Positions 27,948 to 38,986 are shown, counted from the first letter of the stretch. The stretch is DNA of 64,000 nucleotides from an uncultured Chloroflexia bacterium (GCA_963810925.1 CAWEPF010000002.1:28233-92232), one strand, 5' to 3'. Numbers and translations: made by a program. The notes: a model not told the origin generated them from the sequence alone.

Positions 27948-28051
27948 CGGATGGCAACCGCTCCCAGGTCCGTCGCAGGAACTGTTGAAAGGCCCCCGCC
28001 GAACTTGCCGATGGGCGTCCGGGCGGCAGAGAGGATGAGGACGTCGGTCAA
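27948..28051 (-). pseudogene. remnant of a thiolase 5' end (first ~35 codons only)
   Basis: The start of ORF 27329..28051 reads [37 protein letters not shown] and then loses all similarity. By eye, the DNA aligns with 19596..19700 (5' end of the full thiolase) with about a dozen mismatches and one indel. Confidence 0.75.
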
Positions 28052-28116
28052 CCGACAATCGTGCTCGGAGCGTGGCGCATACTCCGAACCCGCCTGTGCC
28101 CAACCTCTTCGTCCGG

Positions 28117-29166
28117 ATGATTCCGGCGCGCAGCCTCACACTTGGCGCGACATTGCTCGTGGTCGTCGGCTGCGCCACGTCACCTGGCGGATCTTCGACC
28201 CCTGTCGGGAGTGCATCGGCCGACCCGCTCCAGGCACTCGCCGATGAAAACGGCAGCGGGGTCATCCTTGCGTATGGCACGTCCGCGGGCTTGGAATCCG
28301 CTGCGGCCGGCGCAGATGGCGATGGCTCGGCGATAGCGCCGGAGAGCGCCTGGTGGGTCGGCTCCGTCGCGAAGATGATCACGGCGACCGCGATCCTCCA
28401 GCTCGTGGACGCGGGCGAGGTGGCCCTCGATAGTCCGGCTGCGGCTTACCTCGAGGGGTCGGTCTCGGACGCGTTCACGATCCGTCAGCTCCTCCAGATG
28501 CGAAGCGGGGTCCCGGGTACGTCCGAACACATCGGCGCGTGCCCGTCGGCTGGAATCGTCCAGACCGCCCTGGACCTGGCGGCTGAGCCGAAGTTCGAGC
28601 CAGGATCGCGGTTCGATTACTCGAACACGAATTACATCCTGCTTGGGCAGGTCATCCGGACGGTCACGGCGAGCGACCCCGCGACGGTCATCCGAAGCGG
28701 CATCTTCGATCCACTCGGCATGGATGACTCGTTCTTCTGGGACAGCGAGACGGGTGCGGCCATCTCAAGCCACGCGGCCGGCGCGGGCGTCCCGATCCCC
28801 GGCGGATGTCCCCTGCTGGACGAGACGGTCGGGACCGATGGGTGGCTGGTGTCCAGCGCGCAGGACCTGGACCGCTTTTTCCGGGGCCTTTTCGGGGGCC
28901 AGCTCATCAGCGAGGCAAGCCTGGCTGCCATGACCGATACGAGTGTGAATGATGGCGAGTTCCTGCAATTCGGGCTGGGCCTGATGGAGGAGGCGCAACC
29001 CTCTCACCCGGGCACGACGCTTTACGGGTTCGTCGGCACGCCCGAGGACTACGAGACCACCGCGTACCACGATCCGGCAACGGGCACCACGGTCGTCGTG
29101 ATGTACGCATTCCAGGGCACGGCGCTTGCCTGGCACCTGTACGACCTGGCGATCGCAAACCCGTAG
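28117..29166 (+). CDS. serine hydrolase (beta-lactamase/transpeptidase-like), predicted lipoprotein
   Basis: ORF 28072..29166. ATG at 28117 gives MIPARSLTLGATLLVVVGC (lipobox). S-x-x-K motif GSVAKM and YSNTNY (Y-x-N) motif of class C beta-lactamase-like esterases. Confidence 0.75.
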   Translation: MIPARSLTLGATLLVVVGCATSPGGSSTPVGSASADPLQALADENGSGVILAYGTSAGLESAAAGADGDGSAIAPESAWWVGSVAKMITATAILQLVDAGEVALDSPAAAYLEGSVSDAFTIRQLLQMRSGVPGTSEHIGACPSAGIVQTALDLAAEPKFEPGSRFDYSNTNYILLGQVIRTVTASDPATVIRSGIFDPLGMDDSFFWDSETGAAISSHAAGAGVPIPGGCPLLDETVGTDGWLVSSAQDLDRFFRGLFGGQLISEASLAAMTDTSVNDGEFLQFGLGLMEEAQPSHPGTTLYGFVGTPEDYETTAYHDPATGTTVVVMYAFQGTALAWHLYDLAIANP

Positions 29167-29179
29167 GGTTTGCCTGGCC

Positions 29180-31130
29180 TCAGGCGGGGGTGCCGTCGTC
29201 CTCGAAGAGGCGGTCGATCTGAGTCGGCCAGTTCTCCTGGACCACCCGCAGCTTCGTCTTCAGGGTGGGAGTCAGCTCCCCGTTTTCCTCGGAGAGGGCC
29301 CGGGGAAGCAGCGCGATCCGGCGCGGGCGCTCGTAGACCGCGAAGTCCTCCAGCAGGTTCCGCACGTCCCCCTCGACCAGCTGCCGGACGGCCTTCTCCT
29401 CCACCAGCTTCTCGGGCGCCATGCCGCCCAGCCCGTTGGCCTCCGCCCACGGCAGCAGCTCGTCGAAGTTCGGCGCGATCAACGCCCCGGTGTACGGGTG
29501 GCGGTCGCCCAGGATGACGGCCTGGGCGATGTACTTCGAGGCGGACAGCGCGGCTTCCATCGGTCCCGGTGACACGTTCTTGCCGTTGCCCAGGACGATG
29601 ATGTTCTTGAGCCGATCGGTGATCTTGATCCGACCGATGGGGTCCAGCTCACCGATGTCCCCGGTGTGGAACCAGCCGTCGGGGTCGATGGCCTTGGCCG
29701 TTTCGGCGGCGTTGTTCAGGTAGCCGAGCATGATCTGCGGGCCACGCACCTGGATCTCGCCCGTCTCGGGATCAATGCGGACTTCGGTCGCCGGCGCCGG
29801 ACGGCCCACCGTTCCGAACACGAAGTCATCGGGCCGGTTGATGCTCACCAGCGGGCTCGTCTCGGACAGCCCGTAGCCCTCGAGGATGAGGATGCCCAGG
29901 GCGTAGAAGAACTCCCCCACCTCGCGCGACAGCGGCGCCGAGCCAGAGACGAAGTAGCGGACCCGGCCACCGGTCCGGGCCTTGACCCGGTGGTAGACGA
30001 GCTTGTCCGCGATGGCGTGCTGGACCTTCAGGCCCAGCCCATCCCCGCGCCCGGCGACGTGGTTCTCGTACCGCTTCCGCCCCACGCCAATCCCCCAGTG
30101 GAAGATCCGCTGCCGCAATCGGCGGTGACGCCTCGACCGATGCCACGACCCGCCCGTAGACCCGCTCGTAGAAGCGGGGCACGGCGGCCATGACGGTGGG
30201 CTGGACCTCGACCATGTTGTCCGCCAGCCGCTCGATGAGCGATTCGGCGTACACGACGGTGGACCCGTGGGCCAGCGGAATGATCTCCCCGGTCAGCCGC
30301 TCGAAGATGTGGGACAGGGGCAGCCACGACAGGAAGACGTCGGCCTCGTAGAAGTCGACGATCTGGACCGCGGCCTCGTAGTTGTAGAGCAGGTTGCCGT
30401 GGCGAATCATCGCCCCCTTGGGGTTGGCGGTCGTCCCCGAGGTATGGATGACCGTGGCCAGGTGCTCGCGGTCGATCGCCCGCCAGCGCGCCTCCCAGCC
30501 GGCCCGCTGCGCCTCGTCGAACGCGCGGCTGCCGAGCTCCTCCAGGGTCAGGGTGCCGGCCGGGAACTTGCCCGACGTGTCGAACGTGATGACGTGGCGG
30601 AGGTTCGGGCAGTTGGCCCGGATGGACTCGACCTTGGCGGCCTGCTGCGCGTTCTCGACGAACACGGCCACCGCGCCGGTGTTGTTGAGGATGAACTCGG
30701 CCTGGCCGGCCTCGGTCTGGGGGTAGATGGGACACGAAACCGCGCCGAGCGCCCAGGCCGCGATGTCCGCGACCAGCCATTCGGGGCGGGTGCGGGACAT
30801 GATGCAGATGGCGTCACCATCGGCGACGCCCAGGCCCTGCAGGCCGAGCGATACGTCGGTGATCCAGTCCCAGAACTCGGCGTATGAGCGGCTGACCCAG
30901 GTCGGCAGCGGCTCGCCCCGTCCCTCCGCGGCTTCGCGCTGGGCCTTCGACGGCTTCCAGCGCAGCGCCTCCTTGTTCGGGATGCGCTCCACGGACCGAT
31001 GGATGAGCTCCACCACGTTCCGCGCCTTCTCGGACTCGGGGAGCAGGAGGGTCTCCACCTCGTTCCACATGCGGCGTGGGGCAGGGGCGGTTCCGGCGGC
31101 CACCGGCGGGGCGGGCGGGGCGGCGGTCAT
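29180..31130 (-). CDS. fadD: long-chain acyl-CoA synthetase (AMP-forming), one frame interruption
   Basis: ORF 29826..31130 has IHTSGTTANPKGAM (AMP-binding motif). ORF 29180..30118 has EGYGLSETSP, WFHTGDIG, and GRIKITDRLKNIIVLGNGKNVSP. Shift near ~30119. Confidence 0.85.
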
Positions 31131-31157
31131 CGGTATCTCTCCTCTGATGGGCCGTGT

Positions 31158-32030
31158 TCAGCCGATCTTATGGCCCTGGTCGTCGTATCGGTAGAAGCCA
31201 CGGCCGGTCTTCCGGCCCAGGTGACCGGCGGCCACCATCTGGCGGAGCAGCGGGGCGGCACGGAACTTGGGGTCGCCAAAGCCGCGCAGCAGGACGTCCA
31301 TGACGTTGAGCATGACGTCGTTACCGATGAAGTCGCTGAGCTCCAGCGGGCCCATCGGGTGGTTCAGGCCCAGGCGGGCACCGGTGTCGATCTCCTCGGC
31401 GGTCCCGGTGCCCTCCATGAGGGCGAAGATCGCCTCGTTGATGAACGGGCCGAGCATCCGGTTGACGAGGAAGCCGGGGTAGTCCTTGGAGGTGATGACC
31501 GTCTTGCCCAGCTCCTGGGCAAAGGCCCGGCATGCTTCCTCGGTAGCGTCCGAGGTGTCCAGGCCGCGGATGATCTCGATCAGGCCCATGACCGGGACCG
31601 GTGAGAAGAAATGCAGACCGATGAACCGATCCGGCCGATCGGTGGCGGTGGCCAGGGCGGTGATGCTGATCGACGAGGTGTTGGTCGCGAAGATGGCTCC
31701 GGGGTCGGCGACATCGGTCAGGGCGGTCCACGTTTCGCGCTTGAGGCCCTCGTCCTCGAACACGGCCTCGATGACGATGTCGTGTCCGGCCGCGCCGTCG
31801 ACCCCGACCGCGGTCCCGATCCGGCCCATGGTCTCGTCGGCCGCCGCCTGGTCCAGGCGCCCCTTTTCGACCTGGCGGGCGAGGTTGGACTCGATTCGCT
31901 GCCGGCCCTTGGCCGCCAGGTCATCGGTCCGGTCGGCGAGGGTCACCGACTTGCCGGCCGCGGCGCTCACCTGGGCGATCCCGTGGCCCATGAGACCGGC
32001 GCCGACGACGTAGACGCGTTCGAGGGTCAT
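31158..32030 (-). CDS. hbd: 3-hydroxybutyryl-CoA / 3-hydroxyacyl-CoA dehydrogenase
   Basis: ATG at 32030 within ORF 31158..32315; 290 aa. VVGAGLMGHGIAQ Rossmann motif, NTSSISIT, HFFSPVPVM, and PGFLVNR motifs. Confidence 0.9.
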   Translation of the reverse strand: MTLERVYVVGAGLMGHGIAQVSAAAGKSVTLADRTDDLAAKGRQRIESNLARQVEKGRLDQAAADETMGRIGTAVGVDGAAGHDIVIEAVFEDEGLKRETWTALTDVADPGAIFATNTSSISITALATATDRPDRFIGLHFFSPVPVMGLIEIIRGLDTSDATEEACRAFAQELGKTVITSKDYPGFLVNRMLGPFINEAIFALMEGTGTAEEIDTGARLGLNHPMGPLELSDFIGNDVMLNVMDVLLRGFGDPKFRAAPLLRQMVAAGHLGRKTGRGFYRYDDQGHKIG

Positions 32031-32043
32031 CGGTCGCAGCCTA

Positions 32044-32955
32044 TCAGTCGAGCAGCGCGTCGGCCGCGGCGAACGGGTCCAGGCGACGGTCCGCGACGGC
32101 GGCCACCGTCTCGTCCCAGGACGGCGCCGCGGTGGCGCGGGCGATGGCCCGGTTGGCCAGGGCGCGGCGCACGAGCTCGGCGGCGTGGGCGCGGTGGCGT
32201 TCCGGGGTCCGCGCGGCCCGGTGCGCGGCGATCGCGGCGGCCAGGGTGTCGACACCCGCGCCGGTGGTGGCGGTCGTGACCAGGACACGCGGCGCGGGAC
32301 GGGTGACGCGGCCACCGGCCGTGGAGAGCATGGCTTTCAGCTGGCGGGCGGTGCGGTCGGCCCCAGGCCGGTCGCCCTTGTTGACCGCGACCACGTCGGC
32401 CACCTCCAGCAGCCCGGCCTTGATGGCCTGCACCTCGTCCCCCATCTCGGGCGCCTCGACAACGACCGTGGTCTCGGCCAGGGTCGCCACGTCCACCTCG
32501 GACTGGCCGGCGCCCACCGTCTCGATGACGACCGGGTCGTAGCCCGCCGCGTCCATGGCCGCGGCGGTCAGCCAGGTCGCCCCGGCCAGCCCGCCCAGCG
32601 CGCCGCGCGAGGCCATGGAGCGGACGAACACGCCCTCGTCGCCGGCGTGCTCCATCATCCGGATCCGGTCGCCCATGATCGCGCCCCCGGTCACCGGGGA
32701 GCTGGGATCAACCGCGATCACCCCCACTCGCCGGCCCTCGCTCCGCCAGTGGCGAATGAGCGCGTTGACCAGGGTGGACTTGCCGCTCCCCGGAGGCCCG
32801 GTGACGCCCACCAGGTGTGCGTCGTGGCCGGCGGCGAACACCGCTCCCAGGTCGGGGCCGGCGAGCGTGCCGTCCTCGAGATCGGTGAGCAGCCGAGCCA
32901 GCGCGCGACGGTCGCCGGCCTGGGCGTCGCGCAGGCGATCGGCCAGCTCAGGCAC
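32044..32955 (-). CDS. meaB: acyl-CoA mutase-associated G3E GTPase (MeaB/ArgK family)
   Basis: ORF 32044..33015. I prefer the GTG at 32955 (VPELADRL...[11 protein letters not shown]), which overlaps the upstream gene by 8 nt. P-loop GPPGSGKST, then VIAVDPSSP and NKGD motifs. Confidence 0.8.
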   Translation of the reverse strand: MPELADRLRDAQAGDRRALARLLTDLEDGTLAGPDLGAVFAAGHDAHLVGVTGPPGSGKSTLVNALIRHWRSEGRRVGVIAVDPSSPVTGGAIMGDRIRMMEHAGDEGVFVRSMASRGALGGLAGATWLTAAAMDAAGYDPVVIETVGAGQSEVDVATLAETTVVVEAPEMGDEVQAIKAGLLEVADVVAVNKGDRPGADRTARQLKAMLSTAGGRVTRPAPRVLVTTATTGAGVDTLAAAIAAHRAARTPERHRAHAAELVRRALANRAIARATAAPSWDETVAAVADRRLDPFAAADALLD

Positions 32956-33364
32956 GCCGACGGGCGTGCTCCCGGAAGTAGGTTGCCACCTGCCCGATGG
33001 TCGTGCCCGGGCCAAAGACCTCGGCCACGCCCGCGGCCTTCAGGCTCGCCACGTCGGCGTCGGGGATGATCCCGCCGGCCGCGACCAGCACGTCGTCCAG
33101 TCCCTTGGCCCGGACCAGCTCCACGATCCGGGGCAGGAGGGTCATGTGCGCGCCGGACAGGATGGAGAGGCCCACCACGTCCACGTCCTCCTGCTCGGCG
33201 GCGTCGGCCACCATCTCGGGGGTCTGGCGCAGACCGGTGTAGATGACCTCGAACCCTTCGTCGCGCAGGCCGCGGGCCAGGACCTTCGCCCCTCGGTCGT
33301 GGCCGTCCAGGCCGGGCTTGGCGAGCAGGACGCGGATCGGGCGAGCGGACGCGTCGGCGGTCAT
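32948..33364 (-). CDS. icmB: acyl-CoA mutase small subunit, cobalamin-binding domain
   Basis: ATG at 33364 within ORF 32948..33583; 138 aa. Reads [31 protein letters not shown] (DxHxxG B12 motif), SILSGAH, and GGIIP. See the ICM-type large subunit at 48488. Confidence 0.8.
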   Translation of the reverse strand: MTADASARPIRVLLAKPGLDGHDRGAKVLARGLRDEGFEVIYTGLRQTPEMVADAAEQEDVDVVGLSILSGAHMTLLPRIVELVRAKGLDDVLVAAGGIIPDADVASLKAAGVAEVFGPGTTIGQVATYFREHARRRA

Positions 33365-33684
33365 GAGCCCGGCGATTCTAGTCCCGCCGTCCCGCCCGAC
33401 ACGAGGTCGTCGATGGTCGCGGCCATGCCCATGTCCCGGAACGTGATCCCGTCGGCAGCCTTGGTCGTGAGGCGGAACGTGACCCGCCGCCAGCGAATGT
33501 CGATGTCCGGGTGGTGGTCGGCCGCCTCCGCCGCGTCGGCCACCGCGTCCACCAGGTCGACGGCAGCCCGGAACGTCGGGCACTCCACGGTCCGGACCAG
33601 GTTGTCGCTCTCCCGGTGCCAGTCGGGTCGCTCGGCCAGCCCGGCCTCGATCTCGGCGTTGGACAACAGGGGCGCGTACGGCAT
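33361..33684 (-). CDS. 4a-hydroxytetrahydrobiopterin (pterin-4-alpha-carbinolamine) dehydratase
   Basis: 107 aa. ...W...L.R.F.F..F..A..FV..VA..AE..DHHPDI pattern ([15 protein letters not shown]). Confidence 0.8.
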   Translation of the reverse strand: MPYAPLLSNAEIEAGLAERPDWHRESDNLVRTVECPTFRAAVDLVDAVADAAEAADHHPDIDIRWRRVTFRLTTKAADGITFRDMGMAATIDDLVSGGTAGLESPGS

Positions 33685-33690
33685 CGGTTG

Positions 33691-34272
33691 CTAGCGGGCC
33701 GTCGGATGACCGATGAAGCTGAGGAACTCCGCGCGCGTCTTGGCATCACGGCGGAAGGTGCCCAGCATGGCCGAGGTGACCATCGTCGCGCCCGGACGAC
33801 GAACGCCGCGCATGGCAATGCACAGGTGGGTCGTCTCGAGGACCACGCCCACCCCCTTGGGCTCCAGGCGGGTCATCAGGAATTCGGCGATCTGAGACGT
33901 CATCCGCTCCTGGAGCTGAAGCCGATGGGCGAACAGGTCCACCACCCGGGGCACCTTCGACAGACCGATGACCCGGCCCCGCGGCAGGTAGCCCACGTGC
34001 GCCGTCCCGAAGAACGGGACGAGGTGGTGCTCGCACAGCGAGTACACCTCGATGTCGCGGACGACCACCATCTCGTCGTAGTCGACCTCGAACGTCGCCT
34101 CGTCCAGGATCGAGTCGGGATCGGTGTGGTAGCCCTCGGTCAGCTGTTCCAGGGTGCGTCGCACCCGGCCGGGCGTGTCGCGCAGACCGGCGCGGTCGGG
34201 GTCCTCGCCGATCCCTTCCAGGATCGCCCGGACCGCGGCCTCCATCGATGCAGCGCGCTCATCGGTTCCCAT
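33691..34272 (-). CDS. folE: GTP cyclohydrolase I
   Basis: ATG at 34272 within ORF 33691..34569; 193 aa. Reads [39 protein letters not shown], and HLCIAMRGV. Confidence 0.9.
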   Translation of the reverse strand: MGTDERAASMEAAVRAILEGIGEDPDRAGLRDTPGRVRRTLEQLTEGYHTDPDSILDEATFEVDYDEMVVVRDIEVYSLCEHHLVPFFGTAHVGYLPRGRVIGLSKVPRVVDLFAHRLQLQERMTSQIAEFLMTRLEPKGVGVVLETTHLCIAMRGVRRPGATMVTSAMLGTFRRDAKTRAEFLSFIGHPTAR

Positions 34273-34315
34273 GGCCGCCGATGCTAGCAGCCGATTGGCG
34301 GGGTATCGTCCGGCC

Positions 34316-36343
34316 GTGAACGGCACGCCACGACAGTGGGCGGCAGCGCTTGCCACCGTCGTGGCCGTGGGGATCGGTCTGGGCGCGGCCTGGATCTGGC
34401 CCATCGTCTCGGTCGCCACCGTCTGGCCGTACCTGCTGGTGGTCCCCGGCTGGGCGCTCGTCGCGTGGGCGTGCCGCGGCCGCGCGCGGATGCCGGCCAC
34501 CGGGCGGCTGGGCCTGGCCATCGTCCTGTCGGTCGCCGTCTCGGCCCATCTGGGGTGGTGGCTGGCCACCCTGGCCGGTGGCTACGGGCGCGAAACGATC
34601 TTCATCGCCGCCGCCATCCTCGCCCTGCCCCTGCCCATCGCGGCCTGGCGAACGGCCAACGGCCCGCAGGGCTGGTTCGCGGACGCCGCTCGCTCCGCTG
34701 GTCGGTCCCTGCGTCGCAACCGCGGCGGATTCGCGCTCGGGTTGGGCGCAACCCTCTGGGTGGGCGCAGTCCTTGCCCGCGGCCTGTGGCAGACCGACAC
34801 GGGCGCCGTGCTCGTGGCCGGCTCGAACTGGAGCGACCTGGGCGTCCACATGTCCATTGCCCAGTCGGTCAACGCGGGCAACTTCCCGCCGCAGGTCCCG
34901 TTCTTCGCCGGCGAGCCGCTCATCTACCACTGGTTCGCCGACTTCCACGCCGCCCTCTTGGCTCGCGCGGCCGACCTGTTCGCGGTCCCGGTCTTCGTCG
35001 TCCAGTCCGCGGCGCTGGCCGGAGCGCTCGCGCTGGTGGTCCACGGCCTGGCCCTGGTCCTCGTCCGCGAGTGGTCGGCCCATCGCACTGCGTTCCTGGC
35101 GACGGTCCTCGTGGTCCTGGGCGGCGGCCTGGGATGGACACGCCTCGTGGGCGACCTGGCGACCGGGCAGGGATCGCTGCTGGACCTGCTGATGATCCAC
35201 GCGTACGACAACCAGTGGCTGACCGGGTTCCCCGAGTTCTCCATCCCGTCGGTCATGACCACCGGGCTCCTCGTCCACCGGGCCACGACCGCCGGTCTGC
35301 CGCTGATGGTGGGCGCGGTGCTGCTGATGGCGGTGGGCCTGCCCTCGGCCCGCCGGCGCGCCGAGGGCTTCGTGGACCGCCCACGGCTGATCGTCCTGTC
35401 GGGCCTGGCGGGCGCGCTGCTGGCGCCGTTCCACTTCTTCTTCTTCCCCCTGGTGCCGCTCCTCGTCCTGCTCTGGGTGGCCGTCGGGCGCCGCTTCGAC
35501 CGCACGGCCGTCGCCAACGCGGGCCGCTTCGCCGCGCCGTACCTGCTCGCCATCCCGTTCGCGCTGCCGGCCGTCACCCAGGCCACCGGATCGGGCTGGC
35601 TCAAGCTCGTCGTCGGCTGGCCCACGGCCCCCATCGCCGACGGCCCGGGCGCGGTCCTGTTCTTCTACCTGACCAACCTGGGCATCCCGTTCGCGTTGGC
35701 CATCCTCGCCCTCGCCATGCGCCGGGCCCCTGCCCGCGCCTTCCTCGCCCTGTGGGTGGCGCTCCTGTTCCTCATCCCGAACGTGGTTCAGCTCAGCTTC
35801 GTGTCGTTCGACATGAACAAGTACTTCCAGGCGATGTGGATCGCGGTCGCGGTTCTCGCGGGCTGGCTGCTCGCCCGGTGGCCCACGGCGGCGGTGGTGG
35901 TCGTTCTCGTGCTCAGCATGGCGTCCCCCGTCCTGGCATCGGTCCACCACGCGTTCTCGCGCAACTTCTTGATGGGGCCCGACCAGGTGGCGGCCGCGGC
36001 CTGGGTCGCGGCCGAGACGCCGGAACGATCGGTGTTCGTGACCGATGACTGGATCATCTCCCCCACCGATCCGGCAGGGCGGCTGCGCCTCACCACCTAC
36101 GGACCCTACGTGGCCAACCTGGGCTTCAACGTGATCGACCGCATCGCCCAGGTCAAGACCATCCGCTGTGGCGGCGATGCGACGGCGTCCGCGGCGCTCA
36201 TGCGGCAGCTGGGCGCGACCTACGTCATCGCCTCCACGGCCGCGGACTGCGAGAAGCCGGTGGAATTCGCCGCGAGCCCGCTGTTCGAGCTGGTCTTCGC
36301 CGAGGGGGGCGTGGTGATCTTCCACCTATCATCGGCTCCATGA
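34316..36343 (+). CDS. large polytopic membrane protein, GT-C-type glycosyltransferase-like (ArnT/PMT-like)
   Basis: ORF 34154..36343. The 5' end would overlap folE, so I prefer the GTG at 34316. More than 12 predicted TM helices and a loop motif SNWSDLGVHMSIAQSVNAGNFPPQVPFFAGEPLIYHWFADFH. Family assignment is tentative. Confidence 0.5.
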   Translation: MNGTPRQWAAALATVVAVGIGLGAAWIWPIVSVATVWPYLLVVPGWALVAWACRGRARMPATGRLGLAIVLSVAVSAHLGWWLATLAGGYGRETIFIAAAILALPLPIAAWRTANGPQGWFADAARSAGRSLRRNRGGFALGLGATLWVGAVLARGLWQTDTGAVLVAGSNWSDLGVHMSIAQSVNAGNFPPQVPFFAGEPLIYHWFADFHAALLARAADLFAVPVFVVQSAALAGALALVVHGLALVLVREWSAHRTAFLATVLVVLGGGLGWTRLVGDLATGQGSLLDLLMIHAYDNQWLTGFPEFSIPSVMTTGLLVHRATTAGLPLMVGAVLLMAVGLPSARRRAEGFVDRPRLIVLSGLAGALLAPFHFFFFPLVPLLVLLWVAVGRRFDRTAVANAGRFAAPYLLAIPFALPAVTQATGSGWLKLVVGWPTAPIADGPGAVLFFYLTNLGIPFALAILALAMRRAPARAFLALWVALLFLIPNVVQLSFVSFDMNKYFQAMWIAVAVLAGWLLARWPTAAVVVVLVLSMASPVLASVHHAFSRNFLMGPDQVAAAAWVAAETPERSVFVTDDWIISPTDPAGRLRLTTYGPYVANLGFNVIDRIAQVKTIRCGGDATASAALMRQLGATYVIASTAADCEKPVEFAASPLFELVFAEGGVVIFHLSSAP

Positions 36344-37472
36344 CCGATGCGCCGCAGGGGCTGCCGGCCGCCAGCGGCTCGGTGGTCGCCTTCGAGCACG
36401 TGACCAAGCGGTACGGGGACGGGCCGACCGCGGTCACCGACCTGTCGCTCACCATCCGGGCGGGCGAGATCTGCGTCCTGGTCGGCCCGTCCGGATGCGG
36501 GAAGACGACCACCATGAAGATGGTCAACCGGCTGGTGGAGCCCACCAGCGGGCGGGTCATGATCGACGGCGAGGACGTGGCGAGCCTGCCGCCCGTCGAG
36601 CTTCGGCGGCGGATCGGGTACGTCATCCAGCATGTAGGCCTCTTCCCGCACCTCACCATCGCCGACAACGTGGCAGTCGTTCCCCGGCTCCTGGGCTGGC
36701 CGGCGGCGAGGATCACGGCCCGCACCGAGGAGCTCCTGGACCTGGTGGGCCTCGAGCCGGGCACCTACGGGACGCGCTATCCCGCGGCCCTGTCCGGCGG
36801 CGAGCGTCAGCGGGTGGGGGTGGCGCGGGCGATGGCGGCCGACCCTACCGTCCTGCTCATGGACGAGCCGTTTGGCGCGGTGGACCCCATCCGCCGCGAG
36901 CGGCTCCAGAACGAGTTCCTCCGGCTCCAGGCCCGCCTCCACAAGACGATCGTGTTCGTCACCCATGACGTGGACGAGGCGATCAAGATGGCCGACCGGA
37001 TCGCCATCCTCCAGGTCGGCGGGGTGCTGGCCCAGTACGACACCCCGGACCAGATCCTGGGCGCCCCGACCAGTCCGTTCGTCGAGCACTTCGTGGGGGC
37101 GGACCGCGGCCTCAAGCGCCTGTCGCTGGCCCGGGTGCGCGACCTACCGCTCGCCCAACCCCAGCTGGTGGAAGTGGGCGACTCCTTTGCCGCTGCCCGC
37201 CAGCGCCTGGCCGATGGCACTGCCTGGGCGCTCGTCGTGGATGCCGATCGGCGGCCGGTGGGCTGGCTCGAGACGACCGAGCTGGACGGCGATGGCACGG
37301 TGGGCGCCCAGCGGCCGTCCCCGGCTCGGCCCTGCTCCAGCCCGAATCCACCCTCCGCGACGCGCTGTCGGCGATGCTCGCGTCCTCGGTCCAGGTGGGG
37401 GTCGTGGTCGACGAGCACGACGCTTTGCTGGGGGTGATCAGCGTGGGCGCGATCTCGGCCACGCTCCAGTGA
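36340..37472 (+). CDS. osmoprotectant-type (glycine betaine/choline) ABC transporter ATP-binding protein with C-terminal CBS region; one frame interruption
   Basis: Walker A GPSGCGKTT, signature LSGGERQRV, Walker B LLMDEPFGAVD. The CBS-like tail ...LRDALSAMLASSVQVGVVVDEHDALLGVISVGAISATLQ is in another frame (shift near ~37320). ATGA overlap with the upstream gene. Confidence 0.8.
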
Positions 37473-37479
37473 GAACCCG

Positions 37480-38145
37480 ATGAACGACCAGCCCTTCTTC
37501 CGCCTGGACTGGATCGTGGACAACCTCGACCTGCTCGCCCAGCGCACCCTGGAGCACGTCGCCCTGACCCTCATCGCGGTCATCGGGGGGATCCTGATCG
37601 CGACCCCAGTGACGATCCTCATCTACCGTCGCCGGCGGCTCATCGGTCCGGTCCTGGGCTTCACCGGGATCCTGTACGCCATCCCCAGCCTCGCCCTGTT
37701 CGCAGTCCTCATCCCGGTCACCGGAATCGGGATCGTGACCGCCGAGATCGCACTGATCAGCTACACCCTGCTGATCCTGATCCGGAACGGGCTGTCGGGC
37801 CTGGACGGGGTCGAGCCCGACGTCATCGAGGCGGCCACCGGCCTCGGACACACCCGTCGTCAGCGACTGTGGCGGGTGGAGCTCCCACTCGCGCTGCCGG
37901 TCATCATGGCCGGCCTGCGGGTGGCCACCGTGACCACGATCGGCCTGGTGGCCGTGACAGCGCTCATCGGCCAGGGCGGGCTGGGGTTCGTGATCATCGT
38001 GATGGGCATTCGCCGCCAGTTCCAGACGGCCATCGTGGTCGGGATATTGCTCTCGGTCCTGCTCGCCGTGCTGGCGGACCGCGGGCTGGTCCTCCTCGAG
38101 CGCGCGCTCACCCCATGGGCTCGCGAGCGGCCGGGGGCCGGCTGA
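37480..38145 (+). CDS. ABC transporter permease (OpuB/OpuC-type)
   Basis: 221 aa, 5-6 TM helices, EAA-loop-like EAATGLGHTRRQRLWRVELPLALP. Confidence 0.8.
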   Translation: MNDQPFFRLDWIVDNLDLLAQRTLEHVALTLIAVIGGILIATPVTILIYRRRRLIGPVLGFTGILYAIPSLALFAVLIPVTGIGIVTAEIALISYTLLILIRNGLSGLDGVEPDVIEAATGLGHTRRQRLWRVELPLALPVIMAGLRVATVTTIGLVAVTALIGQGGLGFVIIVMGIRRQFQTAIVVGILLSVLLAVLADRGLVLLERALTPWARERPGAG

Positions 38146-38149
38146 GCGG

Positions 38150-38881
38150 ATGGGCATCTCCGAGGTCGTCGCCTGGCTCACCGATCCCGCCAACTGGACC
38201 GGCCGGGACGGCATCCCCGTCCGGGTCGGCGAGCACGTCGCCCTGTCCGGCGTGAGCCTGGCAATCGGCCTGGCCATCGCGATCCCGCTCGGCCTGTACA
38301 TCGGTCACACGGGACGCTGGGCTGGTGCCGTGGTGGCCATCACGAACGTCGGCCGCGCTATCCCCTCGGTCGGGATCCTGGGGATCGCCTACACGCTGAC
38401 CCTCCCCCTGGTGGCGGCCCTCGACCTGCGGAACATCGGGACCCCGGCCACGATCATTGCCCTGATCGCGCTGGCCATCCCGCCCATCGTGGTGAATACC
38501 TACGTCGGGATCCGCGAGGTGGACGCCGACACGAAAGAGGCCGCCCGCGGGCTCGGCATGACCGGCCAGCAGCTCCTCCGACGGGTGGAGGTCCCGCTCG
38601 CCCTGCCCGTCATCCTGGCCGGCGTCCGAACCGCCTCGATCCAGGTCATTGCCACGGCCACCCTGGGGGCGATCATCTCGACCGGCGGCCTGGGGCGGTA
38701 CATCGTGGATGGCTTCGCGCAGGTGGACTACCCCCAGATGGTGGGCGGTGCGGTCCTGGTCATGGGACTGGCGCTCCTGAGCGAGGCCCTGTTCGCCGTG
38801 GCCCAGCGGCGCGCCACCTCGCCCGGCCTGAGGCGGCGCCGCGCCGGAGCGGTCGAGCCCGCCCCGGGGTTCGGTCTCTAA
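38150..38881 (+). CDS. ABC transporter permease (OpuB/OpuC-type)
   Basis: 243 aa, EAARGLGMTGQQLLRRVEVPLALP EAA loop; paralog of the preceding permease. Confidence 0.8.
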   Translation: MGISEVVAWLTDPANWTGRDGIPVRVGEHVALSGVSLAIGLAIAIPLGLYIGHTGRWAGAVVAITNVGRAIPSVGILGIAYTLTLPLVAALDLRNIGTPATIIALIALAIPPIVVNTYVGIREVDADTKEAARGLGMTGQQLLRRVEVPLALPVILAGVRTASIQVIATATLGAIISTGGLGRYIVDGFAQVDYPQMVGGAVLVMGLALLSEALFAVAQRRATSPGLRRRRAGAVEPAPGFGL

Positions 38882-38986
38882 CCACCGTCCGGCGGACGCT
38901 GGTAACTGGTAGACTCCCGCCCACGGGCCGCACCTGCCGCCCGTGACCGATCTCATCGGTCAAGACATACCCCCAAAGGAGGACCC

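Noticed and set aside
34270-34273. A CCATGG palindrome that would give divergent folE (minus) and membrane-protein (plus) start codons overlapping on opposite strands.
   Set aside because: The folE ATG is well supported. For the plus-strand gene, the first hydrophobic segment begins after the GTG at 34316, so the overlapping ATG is probably not used. This remains unresolved without N-terminal data.
34259-36325. A 688-aa minus-strand ORF.
   Set aside because: It is antisense to the polytopic membrane protein at 34316..36343. Its composition is dominated by R/G/E/D/H repeats, and it has no start context or motif.
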